Of a stretch of 64,000 nucleotides of DNA, positions 17,069-26,653 are shown piece after piece. The stretch comes from Candidatus Sericytochromatia bacterium. GTDB taxonomy: Bacteria > Cyanobacteriota > Sericytochromatia > S15B-MN24 > JAQBPE01. A model generated the notes under the pieces. That model saw only the letters and a list, made by a program, of their open reading frames with translations. It was not told the DNA's origin and made no database searches. The first letter of the stretch is position 1. Every line of letters begins with the position of its first letter. Both the position numbers and the translations under genes were made by a program. Where the stretch lies: contig JAYKHR010000004.1 of NCBI GenBank assembly GCA_035285125.1, positions 1 through 64,000 on the forward strand. Direction: 5' to 3'.

Positions 17069-17707
17069 ATGCCCGTCTCAGGCTTTGCCGCCCCAGCCGA
17101 CGCCTCCCGCGAGGTCCCCGTGCACCGGCCCCTGTGGCTGCGCCTCGTGCAGGGGCTCGGCATCGTGGCGTCGTTCGTCAGCCTGCTGATCATCTACCTG
17201 CCGGACCTGCCGGTGGTGGGCAGGTTGTTCTACCCGCTCGCGTACCGCGCTGAGATCGAGCAGCAGGCCCGGGCGTTCGGCCTCGACCCGCTGTTCGTGG
17301 CGGCCGTGATCAGGCAGGAAAGCGGCTTCAAGCCTCAGGCGCGCTCGGCGGCCGGCGCGATGGGGCTCATGCAGCTGATGCCCGCGACGGCCCGCTGGGC
17401 GGCCCCCCAGATGGGGATGCGCGGCTTCCGGGACGACCAGCTGCTCGAGCCCGCCGTCAACATCCGGATCGGGTGCTGGTACCTCAACTACCTGTTCCAG
17501 CGCTTTCGCGACCCGGCCAAGGTGCTGGCCGCCTACAACGGCGGCGAGGGGAACGTGAAGTTCTGGGGCACGCTGCAGGGCGAGCACCTGGCCTGGGCCT
17601 ACCCCGAGACCCAGACCTACGTGACACAGTGCCTGCGGGCCTACCGCCGCTACCACGAGCTGTACGAAGAAGAACACAAGCCCTTCCGGAGCCTCGCGCG
17701 ACCGTGA
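17069..17707 (+). CDS. Membrane-anchored lytic transglycosylase (SLT domain)
   Basis: AVIRQESGF, GAMGLMQLMP, AAYNGGEG motifs; N-terminal TM segment. Confidence 0.92.
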   Translation: MPVSGFAAPADASREVPVHRPLWLRLVQGLGIVASFVSLLIIYLPDLPVVGRLFYPLAYRAEIEQQARAFGLDPLFVAAVIRQESGFKPQARSAAGAMGLMQLMPATARWAAPQMGMRGFRDDQLLEPAVNIRIGCWYLNYLFQRFRDPAKVLAAYNGGEGNVKFWGTLQGEHLAWAYPETQTYVTQCLRAYRRYHELYEEEHKPFRSLARP

Positions 17708-18291
17708 GGGGCAGGTTCGAGCGCCTCTCGGACGCGCTGGGCCGCGCGCTGCCGGGCCTCGACATGGCCCAGCGCCGCAAGGAGAGCCTGGCGATGGCCT
17801 GCTGGCCCGAGGTGGTCGGCGAGGCCACGGCCACACGCAGCCGGCCGCTGCACGTCAACCGGGGCGTGATGGTCGTGAAGGTGGCGAGCGCCGCCTGGTC
17901 GCAGCAGCTCAACTTGCTCAAGGCGCGCTACCTCGAGGCGATCGCGCAGCGCGTGGGTCCCGAGGTGATCCAGGACCTGCGCTGGCGCGTCGGCTCCCTC
18001 GACGAGCGAGACGAGGGGCCGACGGGGCCGAGGCCGCGGCGAGGGGGCCTGCAGCTGACCCGGCTGCCGCCCCCCCCGGCGGAGGCCGTGGACCGCGTGG
18101 AGGCCCAGCTGCGCGTGATCCGAGACCCCGGGGTCGCCGATCGCGTCCGGCGCGCGTTGCTGCGGGCGGCGAGCCTTCATGAGGCTCGGCGGGTGGCGGG
18201 CTGGCTGCCGTGCCAGGCCTGCGGCGTCCTCCATGATCCCGAGGCCGACGGGGGGCCCAGGTGTCCGCTCTGCAGGCGCCCAGGCCCCTGA
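17704..18291 (+). CDS. DUF721/DciA family protein with C-terminal Zn ribbon
   Basis: WPEVVGEA...RPLHVNRGVMVVKVASAAWSQQL pattern; CQAC...CPLC; GTGA overlap with the upstream stop. Confidence 0.82.
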   Translation: MRGRFERLSDALGRALPGLDMAQRRKESLAMACWPEVVGEATATRSRPLHVNRGVMVVKVASAAWSQQLNLLKARYLEAIAQRVGPEVIQDLRWRVGSLDERDEGPTGPRPRRGGLQLTRLPPPPAEAVDRVEAQLRVIRDPGVADRVRRALLRAASLHEARRVAGWLPCQACGVLHDPEADGGPRCPLCRRPGP

Positions 18292-18476
18292 AGCAATCGT
18301 GCGACGCGGCACAGCCGCGCCCGACGATGCCCTCGTAGAATCAGCGCGCACCCCGCTCGCGAACCGGGTACGCGCACACCAGGGCCTGTCAGATGGTCGG
18401 GCGGTCGGGGTATAGAACCTATGACGATGCGGCGCCGGGGCCGCCACGGACACCCCGGCCGCATCAGGAGCTCTCG

Positions 18477-19424
18477 ATGTCGAAGATCATTCTCTCTGGG
18501 GACCTCGGGCGGTTCAGGCCCGAGATGCTGGTCCGAATTCTGGAGTCGGTTCGGGCCGATGTGATCGTGACGCTGGAGAGTGCTTCCACGGGGCAGCTGA
18601 CGGTGCTTCAGGGGAAGGTGGTCGGGGCCGCCCAGCCCCCGAACAAGGGGATGGACGCGCTCAAGGAGATGGTGCAGTGGACGACGGGCACGTTCACGGT
18701 CCGGGACATCTCAGGCACGCAGACCAGCTCGATGGTGCGCAGCCCCGACATCATGAACTTCCCAGACAACGCGAGCATCTTCCGGGCGATGATGTCGCTG
18801 CGGCGGCCCGGTGGTGGCCCTGGCGCGCCAGCCCCCGGCCCCGCGCCCGTGGGTCCAGCGGGCCCGCGGCCTGCCCCCGCGGCTCAGGCAGCAGCGGGGC
18901 CTCGCCCCGCCGCCCCGCCCCCCGGCCCCGCCCGCGCCACCATGGTGGGTCCCAAGATCGGCCCCCTCGCCAAGGTGCCCCACCTGTCCGACAAGGGCCG
19001 GCAGACGGTCAAGAGCCTGCAGGCGAACTTCGCTCGCGGCGTGAACGTCGAGGGCGACAAGTGGCGGGTGCTGATGAAGTGCAACGGCGAGCTGAACCTC
19101 TACCAAATCGGCGAGGAGATCAGCCTGCTGGGTGATCGCCTGATGAAGGCCACCAAGGAACTCCAAGAGGACGGGCTCGTCAATTTCGACAACATCGACG
19201 AGCAGGCCGCGCAGCGCCTGACGGGAAACTTCAAGTTCGGCGAGTACATGATCGCCAAGGGCCACATCACCCAGGTGCAGCTCGAGGCTGCCCTGCAGCG
19301 GCAGCAGGAGCTCGCCCGGAAGGGCCGGTACATGTGGCTGGGTGAGATCCTCGTCGAGATGAACTACGTGCGGCCCAGCCAGGTGCAAGAGGCCCTGGCC
19401 TACCAGAAGCGCACCAAGAAGTAG
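18477..19424 (+). CDS. DUF4388/PATAN-like domain protein with C-terminal MshEN-like repeat
   Basis: LSGDLGRF...GKVVGA...GMDALKEMVQWTTGTFTV N-terminal domain; Pro-rich linker; KFGEYMIAKGHITQVQLEAALQRQ and WLGEILVEMNYVRPSQVQEALAYQ; AGGAG RBS. Confidence 0.75.
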   Translation: MSKIILSGDLGRFRPEMLVRILESVRADVIVTLESASTGQLTVLQGKVVGAAQPPNKGMDALKEMVQWTTGTFTVRDISGTQTSSMVRSPDIMNFPDNASIFRAMMSLRRPGGGPGAPAPGPAPVGPAGPRPAPAAQAAAGPRPAAPPPGPARATMVGPKIGPLAKVPHLSDKGRQTVKSLQANFARGVNVEGDKWRVLMKCNGELNLYQIGEEISLLGDRLMKATKELQEDGLVNFDNIDEQAAQRLTGNFKFGEYMIAKGHITQVQLEAALQRQQELARKGRYMWLGEILVEMNYVRPSQVQEALAYQKRTKK

Positions 19425-19449
19425 CGCGCGCTGACGCGCCGGCGCGGGT

Positions 19450-19455
19450 TATAAT
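19450..19455 (+). promoter_or_regulatory. sigma70-type -10 box for mutS
   Basis: Exact TATAAT 30 nt upstream of the mutS ATG in GC-rich DNA. Confidence 0.55.
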
Positions 19456-19485
19456 CGGGGGTTCCCGCCCCCGACCGCTGCACGT

Positions 19486-22047
19486 ATGGCCAAGACCCCA
19501 GGCGCCTACACCCCCATGATGGCGCAGTTCCTCGCGTTGAAGGAGCAGCATCCCGACGTGCTGCTCTTGTACCGCATGGGGGATTTCTACGAGACGTTCT
19601 TCGAGGACGCCCGGGTGGCTGCTGCCGAGCTGGAGCTGACGCTGACGAGCCGCGACGGGGGGCCCGACGGCCAGCGCATCCCGATGGCCGGCGTGCCGCA
19701 CCACGCCCTCGACAACTACCTGCCGCGCCTGATCGCGAAGGGCTACCGCGTGGCGATCTGCGAGCAGATGGAGGACCCGGCCCTCGCGAAGGGCCTCGTG
19801 CGTCGAGAGGTCGTCCGCGTCGTGACGCCGGGCACGATCCTGGACACGGCCATGCTCCGGGAGAAGCAGAACAACTACCTCGCGGCCGTCTCGCGGGGGG
19901 CGAAGGGATTCGGCCTCGCTTACTGCGACGCCTCGACCGGCGAGTTCGCCACCACGGAGCTGGCCGGACCTGAAGAGGTGCGGCGAGAGCTGGAGCGGCT
20001 GGGTGCGGTGGAGTGCCTGCTGCCCCTCGACGCGCGCGCGCTGGGCTGGGTGCCGGCCCCGGACCGCCGGCTGGACCCGGCCACGCTGGACGAGGCCTGG
20101 CGCGCGGCACTGCCAGAGGGCACGTATGTGACGCCGCGGGCCCCCGCCTCGTTCGGACTGGAAGCCGCGCAGCGAGCCCTGCTGACCCAGTTCGGCGTGG
20201 CGAGCCTGGAGGGCTTCGGCTGTGCCGGCCTGCCGCTCGCCATCGCGGCGGCGGGGGCGATCGTGGCCTATCTGGGCGACACCCAGAGGGCCCAGCTACC
20301 GCTGTTCTCGGGGCTCCGCACCTATGCCGACGCACGCTGCCTGGTGCTGGATGCGGCCACCCGCAAGCACCTCGAGCTCACGGCGACGGCGCGGGACGGG
20401 AGCTTCCGCGGCTCCTTGCTGCACCTCCTCGACCGGACGCGCACGGCCATGGGAGGTCGGCGGCTGCGGGGCTGGCTGCAGGCCCCCCTGGTGGACCTCG
20501 CGGCGATCGCCGCCCGCCACGACGCGGTGGCCGAGCTCGTCGGCCAGCCCGGCCTGCTCCGGGCCCTGGGCGAGGCCCTGGGAGGCGTGCGCGACATCGA
20601 GCGGCTGGCTGGGCGGGTGGCCGCGGGCACGGCCAATGGCCGGGAGCTCCGCGCGCTGGGGGAGTCCCTGGCGGAGCTGCCCGCCGTCGCGGCGCTCGCG
20701 GTCGGGACGCGCGCCGCCCCGCTCGCGGCCCTGCATCCGGCGCCCGAGGCCCTCGTGGACCTCGGCAACACGATCCGCGCCACCCTCGTGGACACCCCGC
20801 CCATCAGCGTCACGGAAGGTGGCCTGATCCGGGAGGGGATGGCGCCGGAGGTCGATGCCCTGCGGGCGGGCCTGGGACACGACGAGGCCTGGCTCGCGGC
20901 CTTCGAGGCCGAGGAGCGCGGGCGCACCGGCATCAAGAGCCTGAAGGTGGGGTTCACCAAGGCCTTCGGCTACTACATCGAGGTGACGCACGCCAACCGC
21001 GCGCTCGTGCCTGCGGAGTACCAGCGCAAGCAGACGCTCGTGAACTGCGAGCGTTTCGTGACGCCGGCGCTCAAGGCCCGGGAGGTCGCCATCCTCGACG
21101 GGGAGCAGCGCCTGTGGCGCCTCGAGCACGAGCTGTTCGCGGCGCTGCGCGGCCGGGCGGCAGACCTCGTCCCCCTGATCCAGGCGGTGGGGGGCCGGCT
21201 CGCCGAGCTCGACGCCCTGCTCTCGCTGGCAGAGGTGGCGCTGGCGCGCGGCTACGTGCGGCCCGTGGTCAACGCCCTCCCCAGGCTGCGCGTCGAGGGG
21301 GGGCGACACCCCGTGGTTGAGGCCCTGCTGCCGAGCGGCACGTTCGTCCCGAACGATGCCTTGCTGGACGCGGAGGCCGACCGGCTGATGATCCTGACGG
21401 GCCCCAACATGGCGGGCAAGAGCACCTATATGCGCCAGCTGGCCCTGATCGTCGTGCTCGCCCAGCTGGGCAGCTTCGTGCCCGCCACGATGGCCGAGGT
21501 GGGCGTGGTAGACCGCATCTTCACGCGCATCGGGGCCGTCGACGACCTTGCCACCGGGCAGTCGACCTTTATGGTCGAGATGAACGAGACGGCCAACATC
21601 CTGCGCCACGCCACGCCCCGCTCCCTCGTGCTGCTCGACGAGATCGGACGCGGCACCAGCACGCTGGACGGCCTGTCGATCGCCTGGGCCGTCTCCGAGC
21701 ACCTCGCGGCCCATGTCCGCGCGCGCACCATCTTCGCGACCCACTACCACGAACTGACAGGGCTCGCGCTCAGCCAGCCCGGGGTGCGGACCTGCCGGGT
21801 GCTGGTGGAGGAGACGGAGGACGAGGTGGTCTTCTTGCGGCGGGTGGTGCCCGGTGGCGCGGACCGCTCCTACGGCATCGAGGTGGCTCGCCTCGCCGGC
21901 CTGCCGGCGGCCGTCGTGGCGCGGGCGCGCCAGGTACTCGGCACGCTGGAGCGCAACAACCGCCTGGCGGCGAGCCTGCGCAAGGGGCTGCCGGCACAGG
22001 ACATGCCCCAGGCCCAGCTGTCCCTGTTCGAGGAGAGCGCCACCTGA
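19486..22047 (+). CDS. mutS: DNA mismatch repair protein MutS
   Basis: TPMMAQF, RMGDFYETF, TGPNMAGKSTYMRQ, STFMVEM, DEIGRGTST, FATHYHEL, SYGIEVARLAG. Confidence 0.98.
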   Translation: MAKTPGAYTPMMAQFLALKEQHPDVLLLYRMGDFYETFFEDARVAAAELELTLTSRDGGPDGQRIPMAGVPHHALDNYLPRLIAKGYRVAICEQMEDPALAKGLVRREVVRVVTPGTILDTAMLREKQNNYLAAVSRGAKGFGLAYCDASTGEFATTELAGPEEVRRELERLGAVECLLPLDARALGWVPAPDRRLDPATLDEAWRAALPEGTYVTPRAPASFGLEAAQRALLTQFGVASLEGFGCAGLPLAIAAAGAIVAYLGDTQRAQLPLFSGLRTYADARCLVLDAATRKHLELTATARDGSFRGSLLHLLDRTRTAMGGRRLRGWLQAPLVDLAAIAARHDAVAELVGQPGLLRALGEALGGVRDIERLAGRVAAGTANGRELRALGESLAELPAVAALAVGTRAAPLAALHPAPEALVDLGNTIRATLVDTPPISVTEGGLIREGMAPEVDALRAGLGHDEAWLAAFEAEERGRTGIKSLKVGFTKAFGYYIEVTHANRALVPAEYQRKQTLVNCERFVTPALKAREVAILDGEQRLWRLEHELFAALRGRAADLVPLIQAVGGRLAELDALLSLAEVALARGYVRPVVNALPRLRVEGGRHPVVEALLPSGTFVPNDALLDAEADRLMILTGPNMAGKSTYMRQLALIVVLAQLGSFVPATMAEVGVVDRIFTRIGAVDDLATGQSTFMVEMNETANILRHATPRSLVLLDEIGRGTSTLDGLSIAWAVSEHLAAHVRARTIFATHYHELTGLALSQPGVRTCRVLVEETEDEVVFLRRVVPGGADRSYGIEVARLAGLPAAVVARARQVLGTLERNNRLAASLRKGLPAQDMPQAQLSLFEESAT

Positions 22048-22111
22048 GCCTCCTCGCGCGATGCGTCGATGAGGCGGTGGTACAATGGGCGGGCTCAGCA
22101 GGGGGGCTCCG

Positions 22112-22936
22112 ATGTACAGCACCGTCCTCATCCTCGTTTCCGCCGTGGTGCTGCTCGCCACGCTCGGGTTGAGCCTGGCCCGCCTCGAGGCCCTGCAGGA
22201 CACGCCGTGGTACTTCTGGCTGCTGGCCCTGTCGCTTGTCTGCACGGGCACGTGGGGCGTGTCGTCGGCGATGCGGGCGCGGGAGATGACGGGCGCCGCC
22301 GAGGCCCTCGCTGACCTCAAGGTGCTGTCGGCCGCCGAGTTGCGGCGGGACCTCGAAGGGTGGCGCGGTGCCCCGGTGGTGCTCCAAGACGACACGACGT
22401 GCGTCGAGACCAAGGCCACCAGCAACGACGTCGCGGTGCTCGCGAGCCGCACGCGCCTGTCCGGCGAGGACGAGGTCGAGGGCGAGGAGAGCGACTACGT
22501 CAAGACCATCGACTACGGCGTGGAGGAGGAATCCGCCCGCTTCCGCCTCGGTCTGGAGGCCGATGCGGTGCAGGTGGAGGCTGACGGGTGGCACGTCTGG
22601 GCGGCTGCCGCGCCCGTCGAATCGACGCGGATGGGCAACGAGTTCAGCGCCGCGGCTGGCCGCAACCTCACCGAGACGGAGCGTCGCAGCAGCATCCCCT
22701 GTGGCGCCCGGGTGTCCGTGACGGGCCTCGTCACCGTCGAGGGGCCCTTCGCGACGCTGGCCCCGCTCTCGCCACGCCTCAACGTCCTGACGGACAGGCC
22801 GTGGCAGGACGTCCTCAACCACACGGGCAGGCAGGCCGGGCGGGCTCGCTCGGATGCCCTCATGCTGGCCATCCTGAACGGCACCCTCTTGCTGGTGCTC
22901 GGCTTCCTGTTCAGGCTCTTCCGGGCCAAGGCGTGA
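22112..22936 (+). CDS. Hypothetical membrane protein (two N-terminal and one C-terminal TM, GIDE-like topology)
   Basis: TM-TM-soluble beta-rich domain-TM; TETERRSSIPCGARVSVTGLV; extended -10 TGgTACAAT at 22078-22086. Confidence 0.65.
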   Translation: MYSTVLILVSAVVLLATLGLSLARLEALQDTPWYFWLLALSLVCTGTWGVSSAMRAREMTGAAEALADLKVLSAAELRRDLEGWRGAPVVLQDDTTCVETKATSNDVAVLASRTRLSGEDEVEGEESDYVKTIDYGVEEESARFRLGLEADAVQVEADGWHVWAAAAPVESTRMGNEFSAAAGRNLTETERRSSIPCGARVSVTGLVTVEGPFATLAPLSPRLNVLTDRPWQDVLNHTGRQAGRARSDALMLAILNGTLLLVLGFLFRLFRAKA

Positions 22937-23907
22937 TGTCCGAGCGGCCGATCCTGGTCACGGGCTCGAGCGGCTTCGTCGGCGGCTGGCTGCTGGAGAC
23001 CCTCGCCCGGCGCGGCGACGGCCCGGTGGTGGGCCTGGACCGGACAGCCCGGGCCGACCGCCCCCTCGCCGACTTCGCGGCCGTGGACCTCGCGCACCCC
23101 GAGCCCGTCGCGGCGGCGCTCGCGCGCTGGCGCCCCCGGGCCGTGTACCACCTGGCCGGGCAGGCCTCGGTGGCCGAGGCCCTGCAGGCCCCTGCCAGCA
23201 CCGTCGAGGCGAACGCGCTCGGCACGCTGCACCTCCTCGAGGCCTTGCGGCGCCAAGCGCCGGACGCGCGCGTGCTGCTGGTGTCCTCGGCGGAGGTTTA
23301 CGGCGACCGGGCCGAGGGGCTGTTGCACGAGGCCGAGCCACCGGCGCCTGCCACCCCCTACGCAGCCAGCAAGGTCGCGCTGGAGGCGCTCGGGCACGCG
23401 TGGTGGCGGAGCTACGGCCTCCCGGTGGTGATCGCGCGCCCCTTCAACCACACGGGGCCCGGCCAGAGCGACCGGTTCGCCGCCAGCGCCTTTGCCCACC
23501 AGATCGCCGCCATCGAGGCCGGCCGCCAGCCGCCCGTGCTGCACGTGGGCGACCTCGAGACGCGGCGCGACTTCCTCGACGTCCGCGACGTCACGGAGGC
23601 CTACGCGAGGCTGCTGGCGGTGGGAGAGCCCGGGCGGGTGTACAACGTCTGCCGGGGCGAGACCATCCGCATCGGCGACATGCTCGGCGCCCTGCTCGCG
23701 CTCGCCCGCGTGGGCATCGAGGTGGCCCCCGACCCGAGCCGGCAGCGGGCGGTCGATGCCCGGGCCCGCTGGGGTGACCCGAGCGCGCTCCGGGCTGCCA
23801 CGGGCTGGCACGCCACCGTGCCGTGGGAGCAGACGCTGCGAGACCTGCTCGAGGCCTGGCGCCGGACGATGCCGATGTGGGGGGACGCCGCGAGCCCGTT
23901 CGCCTGA
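22936..23907 (+). CDS. NAD-dependent epimerase/dehydratase, GDP-mannose 4,6-dehydratase/Rmd-like
   Basis: LVTGSSGFVG, YHLAGQASV, SSAEVYG, YAASK, RPFNHTGPGQS, RRDFLDVRD; TGATG overlap with the upstream gene. Confidence 0.9.
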   Translation: MSERPILVTGSSGFVGGWLLETLARRGDGPVVGLDRTARADRPLADFAAVDLAHPEPVAAALARWRPRAVYHLAGQASVAEALQAPASTVEANALGTLHLLEALRRQAPDARVLLVSSAEVYGDRAEGLLHEAEPPAPATPYAASKVALEALGHAWWRSYGLPVVIARPFNHTGPGQSDRFAASAFAHQIAAIEAGRQPPVLHVGDLETRRDFLDVRDVTEAYARLLAVGEPGRVYNVCRGETIRIGDMLGALLALARVGIEVAPDPSRQRAVDARARWGDPSALRAATGWHATVPWEQTLRDLLEAWRRTMPMWGDAASPFA

Positions 23908-24070
23908 TGGTGACGGGCCAATGAGTCCGGCCACCATCGCCAGCCCTGAACGCCGATCGCTGCGATGGGTTAAGGACAGGCTGCGGCCGCCTCCCTGATC
24001 TGCTAAGATGAGGGTTCGCCCCGCCAGCACGACCCCGGCGCCGATCGCCGCGCCGTCGAGGAACCGCGAG

Positions 24071-24811
24071 ATGTCCGCCGACACGGAACACCCGACCACC
24101 ACCCCCGCACGCCCCGCCAAGATCTCCAGCATTTCCGTTGTGATGCCCGCCTACAACGAGGAGGACATCATCGAGAAGGTGGCCAGGGACGCCGCGACCT
24201 ACCTCGAGACCGTGACGGCCGACTACGAGGTGGTCATCGTCAACGACGGCTCCCGCGACCGCACGGGGGAGATCCTCGACGCCCTGCACGGCGAGAACCC
24301 TCGCATCGTGCCCGTGCACCAGGAGAACAAGGGTTACGGTGGCGCGCTGCAGGCCGGCTTCCGCAGCGCGAAGAAGGACTACGTGTTCTTCATGGACTCG
24401 GACAACCAGTTCGACATCCGGGAGCTCGACAAGCTGCTGCCCCACCTCTCGAGCGTCGACGTCGTGCTCGGCTACCGAGAGAACCGCCAGGACCACCTCG
24501 GCCGCAAGTTCAACGCCCTCGGCTGGCGCACCCTGGTCGACATGTTGTTCGGCCTCGGCGTGCGCGACATCGACTGCGCGTTCAAGATTTTCAAGCGCGA
24601 GAAGCTCCAGATGGCCCTGCCCGAGAGCGAGGGCGCGATGGTGAACACCGAGATGCTCGTGAAGCTCAAGCGGCGCAAGACGCCCTGGGTCGAAGTGCCC
24701 GTCTCCCACTTCGCCCGCGTGGGCGGCAAGGCCACCGGCGCCAACTGGCGCGTCATCGTCAAGGCGTTCCGCGAGCTCCTGATGCTCCACGGCAAGCTCA
24801 AGAACTTCTGA
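24071..24811 (+). CDS. Glycosyltransferase family 2 (polyprenol-phosphate glycosyltransferase-like)
   Basis: SVVMPAYNEE, VNDGSRDRT, NKGYGGAL, MDSDNQ, DIDCAFK. Confidence 0.92.
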   Translation: MSADTEHPTTTPARPAKISSISVVMPAYNEEDIIEKVARDAATYLETVTADYEVVIVNDGSRDRTGEILDALHGENPRIVPVHQENKGYGGALQAGFRSAKKDYVFFMDSDNQFDIRELDKLLPHLSSVDVVLGYRENRQDHLGRKFNALGWRTLVDMLFGLGVRDIDCAFKIFKREKLQMALPESEGAMVNTEMLVKLKRRKTPWVEVPVSHFARVGGKATGANWRVIVKAFRELLMLHGKLKNF

Positions 24812-24818
24812 GCCCGGA

Positions 24819-25385
24819 ATGGAGCAGCTTTCCACCCCCCAGGCAGCCCTGATCGCCTATGGGCTGGCCCACCTGGGCCTGCTCGCGGCCATCGCCCTGA
24901 TCCTGCTCCGCCCCTTCGCGCCGGGCACGCTCGTGGCGGGGCTTACCACCCTGGGCTACGCGGGCTACACCACGGCCATGGTCCGCAGCCAGCCCACGCT
25001 TGCCGCCCTGTGGCCGGTGGGCGTGGTGGGGCTGCTCGTGGCACTCAGCCTGGTGGCCCCGCGGCTGTCCGAGCGCCTTGGCATCCGCTACACGGTTCCC
25101 CAGCCGCCGATCGTGATGGGCGCCTTCCTGGGGCTGGTGTTCGGGGCGCTGGTGCTGGGGGGCGGCATGGCCGGCCAGCTGGTCGGCCTGGCGCTGGGCA
25201 CCTTCCTGGCGGGCTTCGGCCAGTCGCGCACGGGCTGGCGCGGGGCGCTGCAGGCCGGCCCCGCGAGCTTCTACACCGCGATGGGGCCCCGGGCCTTCGA
25301 GCTGCTGCTGGCGCTGGCCGTGGGGGACCTCGCCGTCACCTACATTTTGCATCGCGTGGGCGTCGTGCAGACGCCCCTGCCCTGA
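24819..25385 (+). CDS. Hypothetical integral membrane protein (DUF456-like, glycine-rich helices)
   Basis: Five to six hydrophobic helices, GAFLGLVFG and GQLVGLALGTFL. Confidence 0.6.
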   Translation: MEQLSTPQAALIAYGLAHLGLLAAIALILLRPFAPGTLVAGLTTLGYAGYTTAMVRSQPTLAALWPVGVVGLLVALSLVAPRLSERLGIRYTVPQPPIVMGAFLGLVFGALVLGGGMAGQLVGLALGTFLAGFGQSRTGWRGALQAGPASFYTAMGPRAFELLLALAVGDLAVTYILHRVGVVQTPLP

Positions 25386-25388
25386 GCC

Positions 25389-26279
25389 ATGGGGCGACCG
25401 GCCCGGACCGCGTCCGACCTCAGCCCCTCGGTGGCGCTGGTCCGAGAGGCGCTGGCGCGGGCCGGCATGACCCAGACTGAGCTCGCTGCGGCCACGGGGC
25501 TCACGCGGGACCACCTGTCGCGCGTGCTGCTCGGCAAGGTGTCGTTCCCGCGCTCCCGGGACACCCTCCACGCCCTCGCAAGCACCCTCGGCCTCGACCC
25601 GCTCGCGTTCGCCGAGTACCGGCGCTCGCTGCAGGTGCTGCCGGAGTCCACGCGGCGCCTGACGGCCCACCTGCGGGCCCGGGGCATCTCCCAGGCCGAG
25701 TGGGTCCGCCGCATCGTGCCCCGCTACAGCGAGGGCCACCTGCAGCAGGTGCTGCGCGGGACGGTGCCCTTTCCGCGGGAGCCCGACACCATCGCGCTCT
25801 TCGCCGAGGCGGCCGAGGCTGACCCCTTGCAGTTCGCGGAGTACCTGCCGCTCGCGGCCTGGCGAGGGCGGTTGACGCACGCGGCGGCCGCGACGCTGAC
25901 GCGCGAGGAGGCGGACCAACTCGCGGGCCTGCTCGACCGGCTGACGCTGCGCCTGGCGGCGCGGCTGAACGACGCCGACGGGTTCTCCCAGCGACTGCTG
26001 GAGCACTTCCTGGCCCGCGCGTTCGGGCCGGCCCCGGCCAGCGACCCCGAGCTGGACGACGCCCTCGCGTACATGCCGCCGCTGGAAAGCTACCAGCCCG
26101 CCGTGCGGGCCCTGCTGGCCGCCATGCACGCGCAGCGGCTCAGCGTGGCCGAGCTCGCGCGGCGCACCGGCCTGCCCAGCGACGAGCTCTTCGCGATCTT
26201 CAACGGCCAGCTGAAGCTGAAGCCGGGCCCCACCTGGCACACCCTGCACGAGGCGCTGGGCGTCTCGGGCGGCGAATGA
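25389..26279 (+). CDS. Protein with three XRE-type helix-turn-helix domains
   Basis: GMTQTELAAATGLTRDHLSRVLLG, GISQAEW...HLQQVLRG and LSVAELARRTGL...IFNG; the first two units both end DPLxFAEY. Confidence 0.78.
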   Translation: MGRPARTASDLSPSVALVREALARAGMTQTELAAATGLTRDHLSRVLLGKVSFPRSRDTLHALASTLGLDPLAFAEYRRSLQVLPESTRRLTAHLRARGISQAEWVRRIVPRYSEGHLQQVLRGTVPFPREPDTIALFAEAAEADPLQFAEYLPLAAWRGRLTHAAAATLTREEADQLAGLLDRLTLRLAARLNDADGFSQRLLEHFLARAFGPAPASDPELDDALAYMPPLESYQPAVRALLAAMHAQRLSVAELARRTGLPSDELFAIFNGQLKLKPGPTWHTLHEALGVSGGE

Positions 26280-26293
26280 CGGAGGAAGCAGAC

Positions 26294-26653
26294 ATGGCGC
26301 GCATCCTGCTGGCGGACGACGATCGCCACTTCGCGGCGGTGGTGGCCAGGTTCCTGGGCCGCGCAGGCCATGAGGTGCTGGCGGTGGCCGATGGCGAGGC
26401 TGCCCTGGCGGCCATCCCGACCTTCAGCCCGGAGGCCCTCGTGCTGGACGTCTCGATGCCGGCGCTGGGGGGCGACGCCCTGGCGGCCCGCGTGACGCTG
26501 CCCATCCTGTTCCTGTCGGGCCGCGACCTCGACCGCGTGGCCGCTCAGGCCGGCCCCCGCGTGCGGTGCCTGGCGAAGCCCGCCGACCTGGACGAGATCC
26601 TGGCCGCCGTCGAGGGCCTGCTGGCAGCCGAGCTCAGGCCCTCGGAAGGGTGA
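26294..26653 (+). CDS. Single-domain response regulator receiver
   Basis: ILLADDD, LDVSMP phospho-Asp, FLSG, KP; GGAGGA RBS (alternative start 26276). Confidence 0.9.
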   Translation: MARILLADDDRHFAAVVARFLGRAGHEVLAVADGEAALAAIPTFSPEALVLDVSMPALGGDALAARVTLPILFLSGRDLDRVAAQAGPRVRCLAKPADLDEILAAVEGLLAAELRPSEG

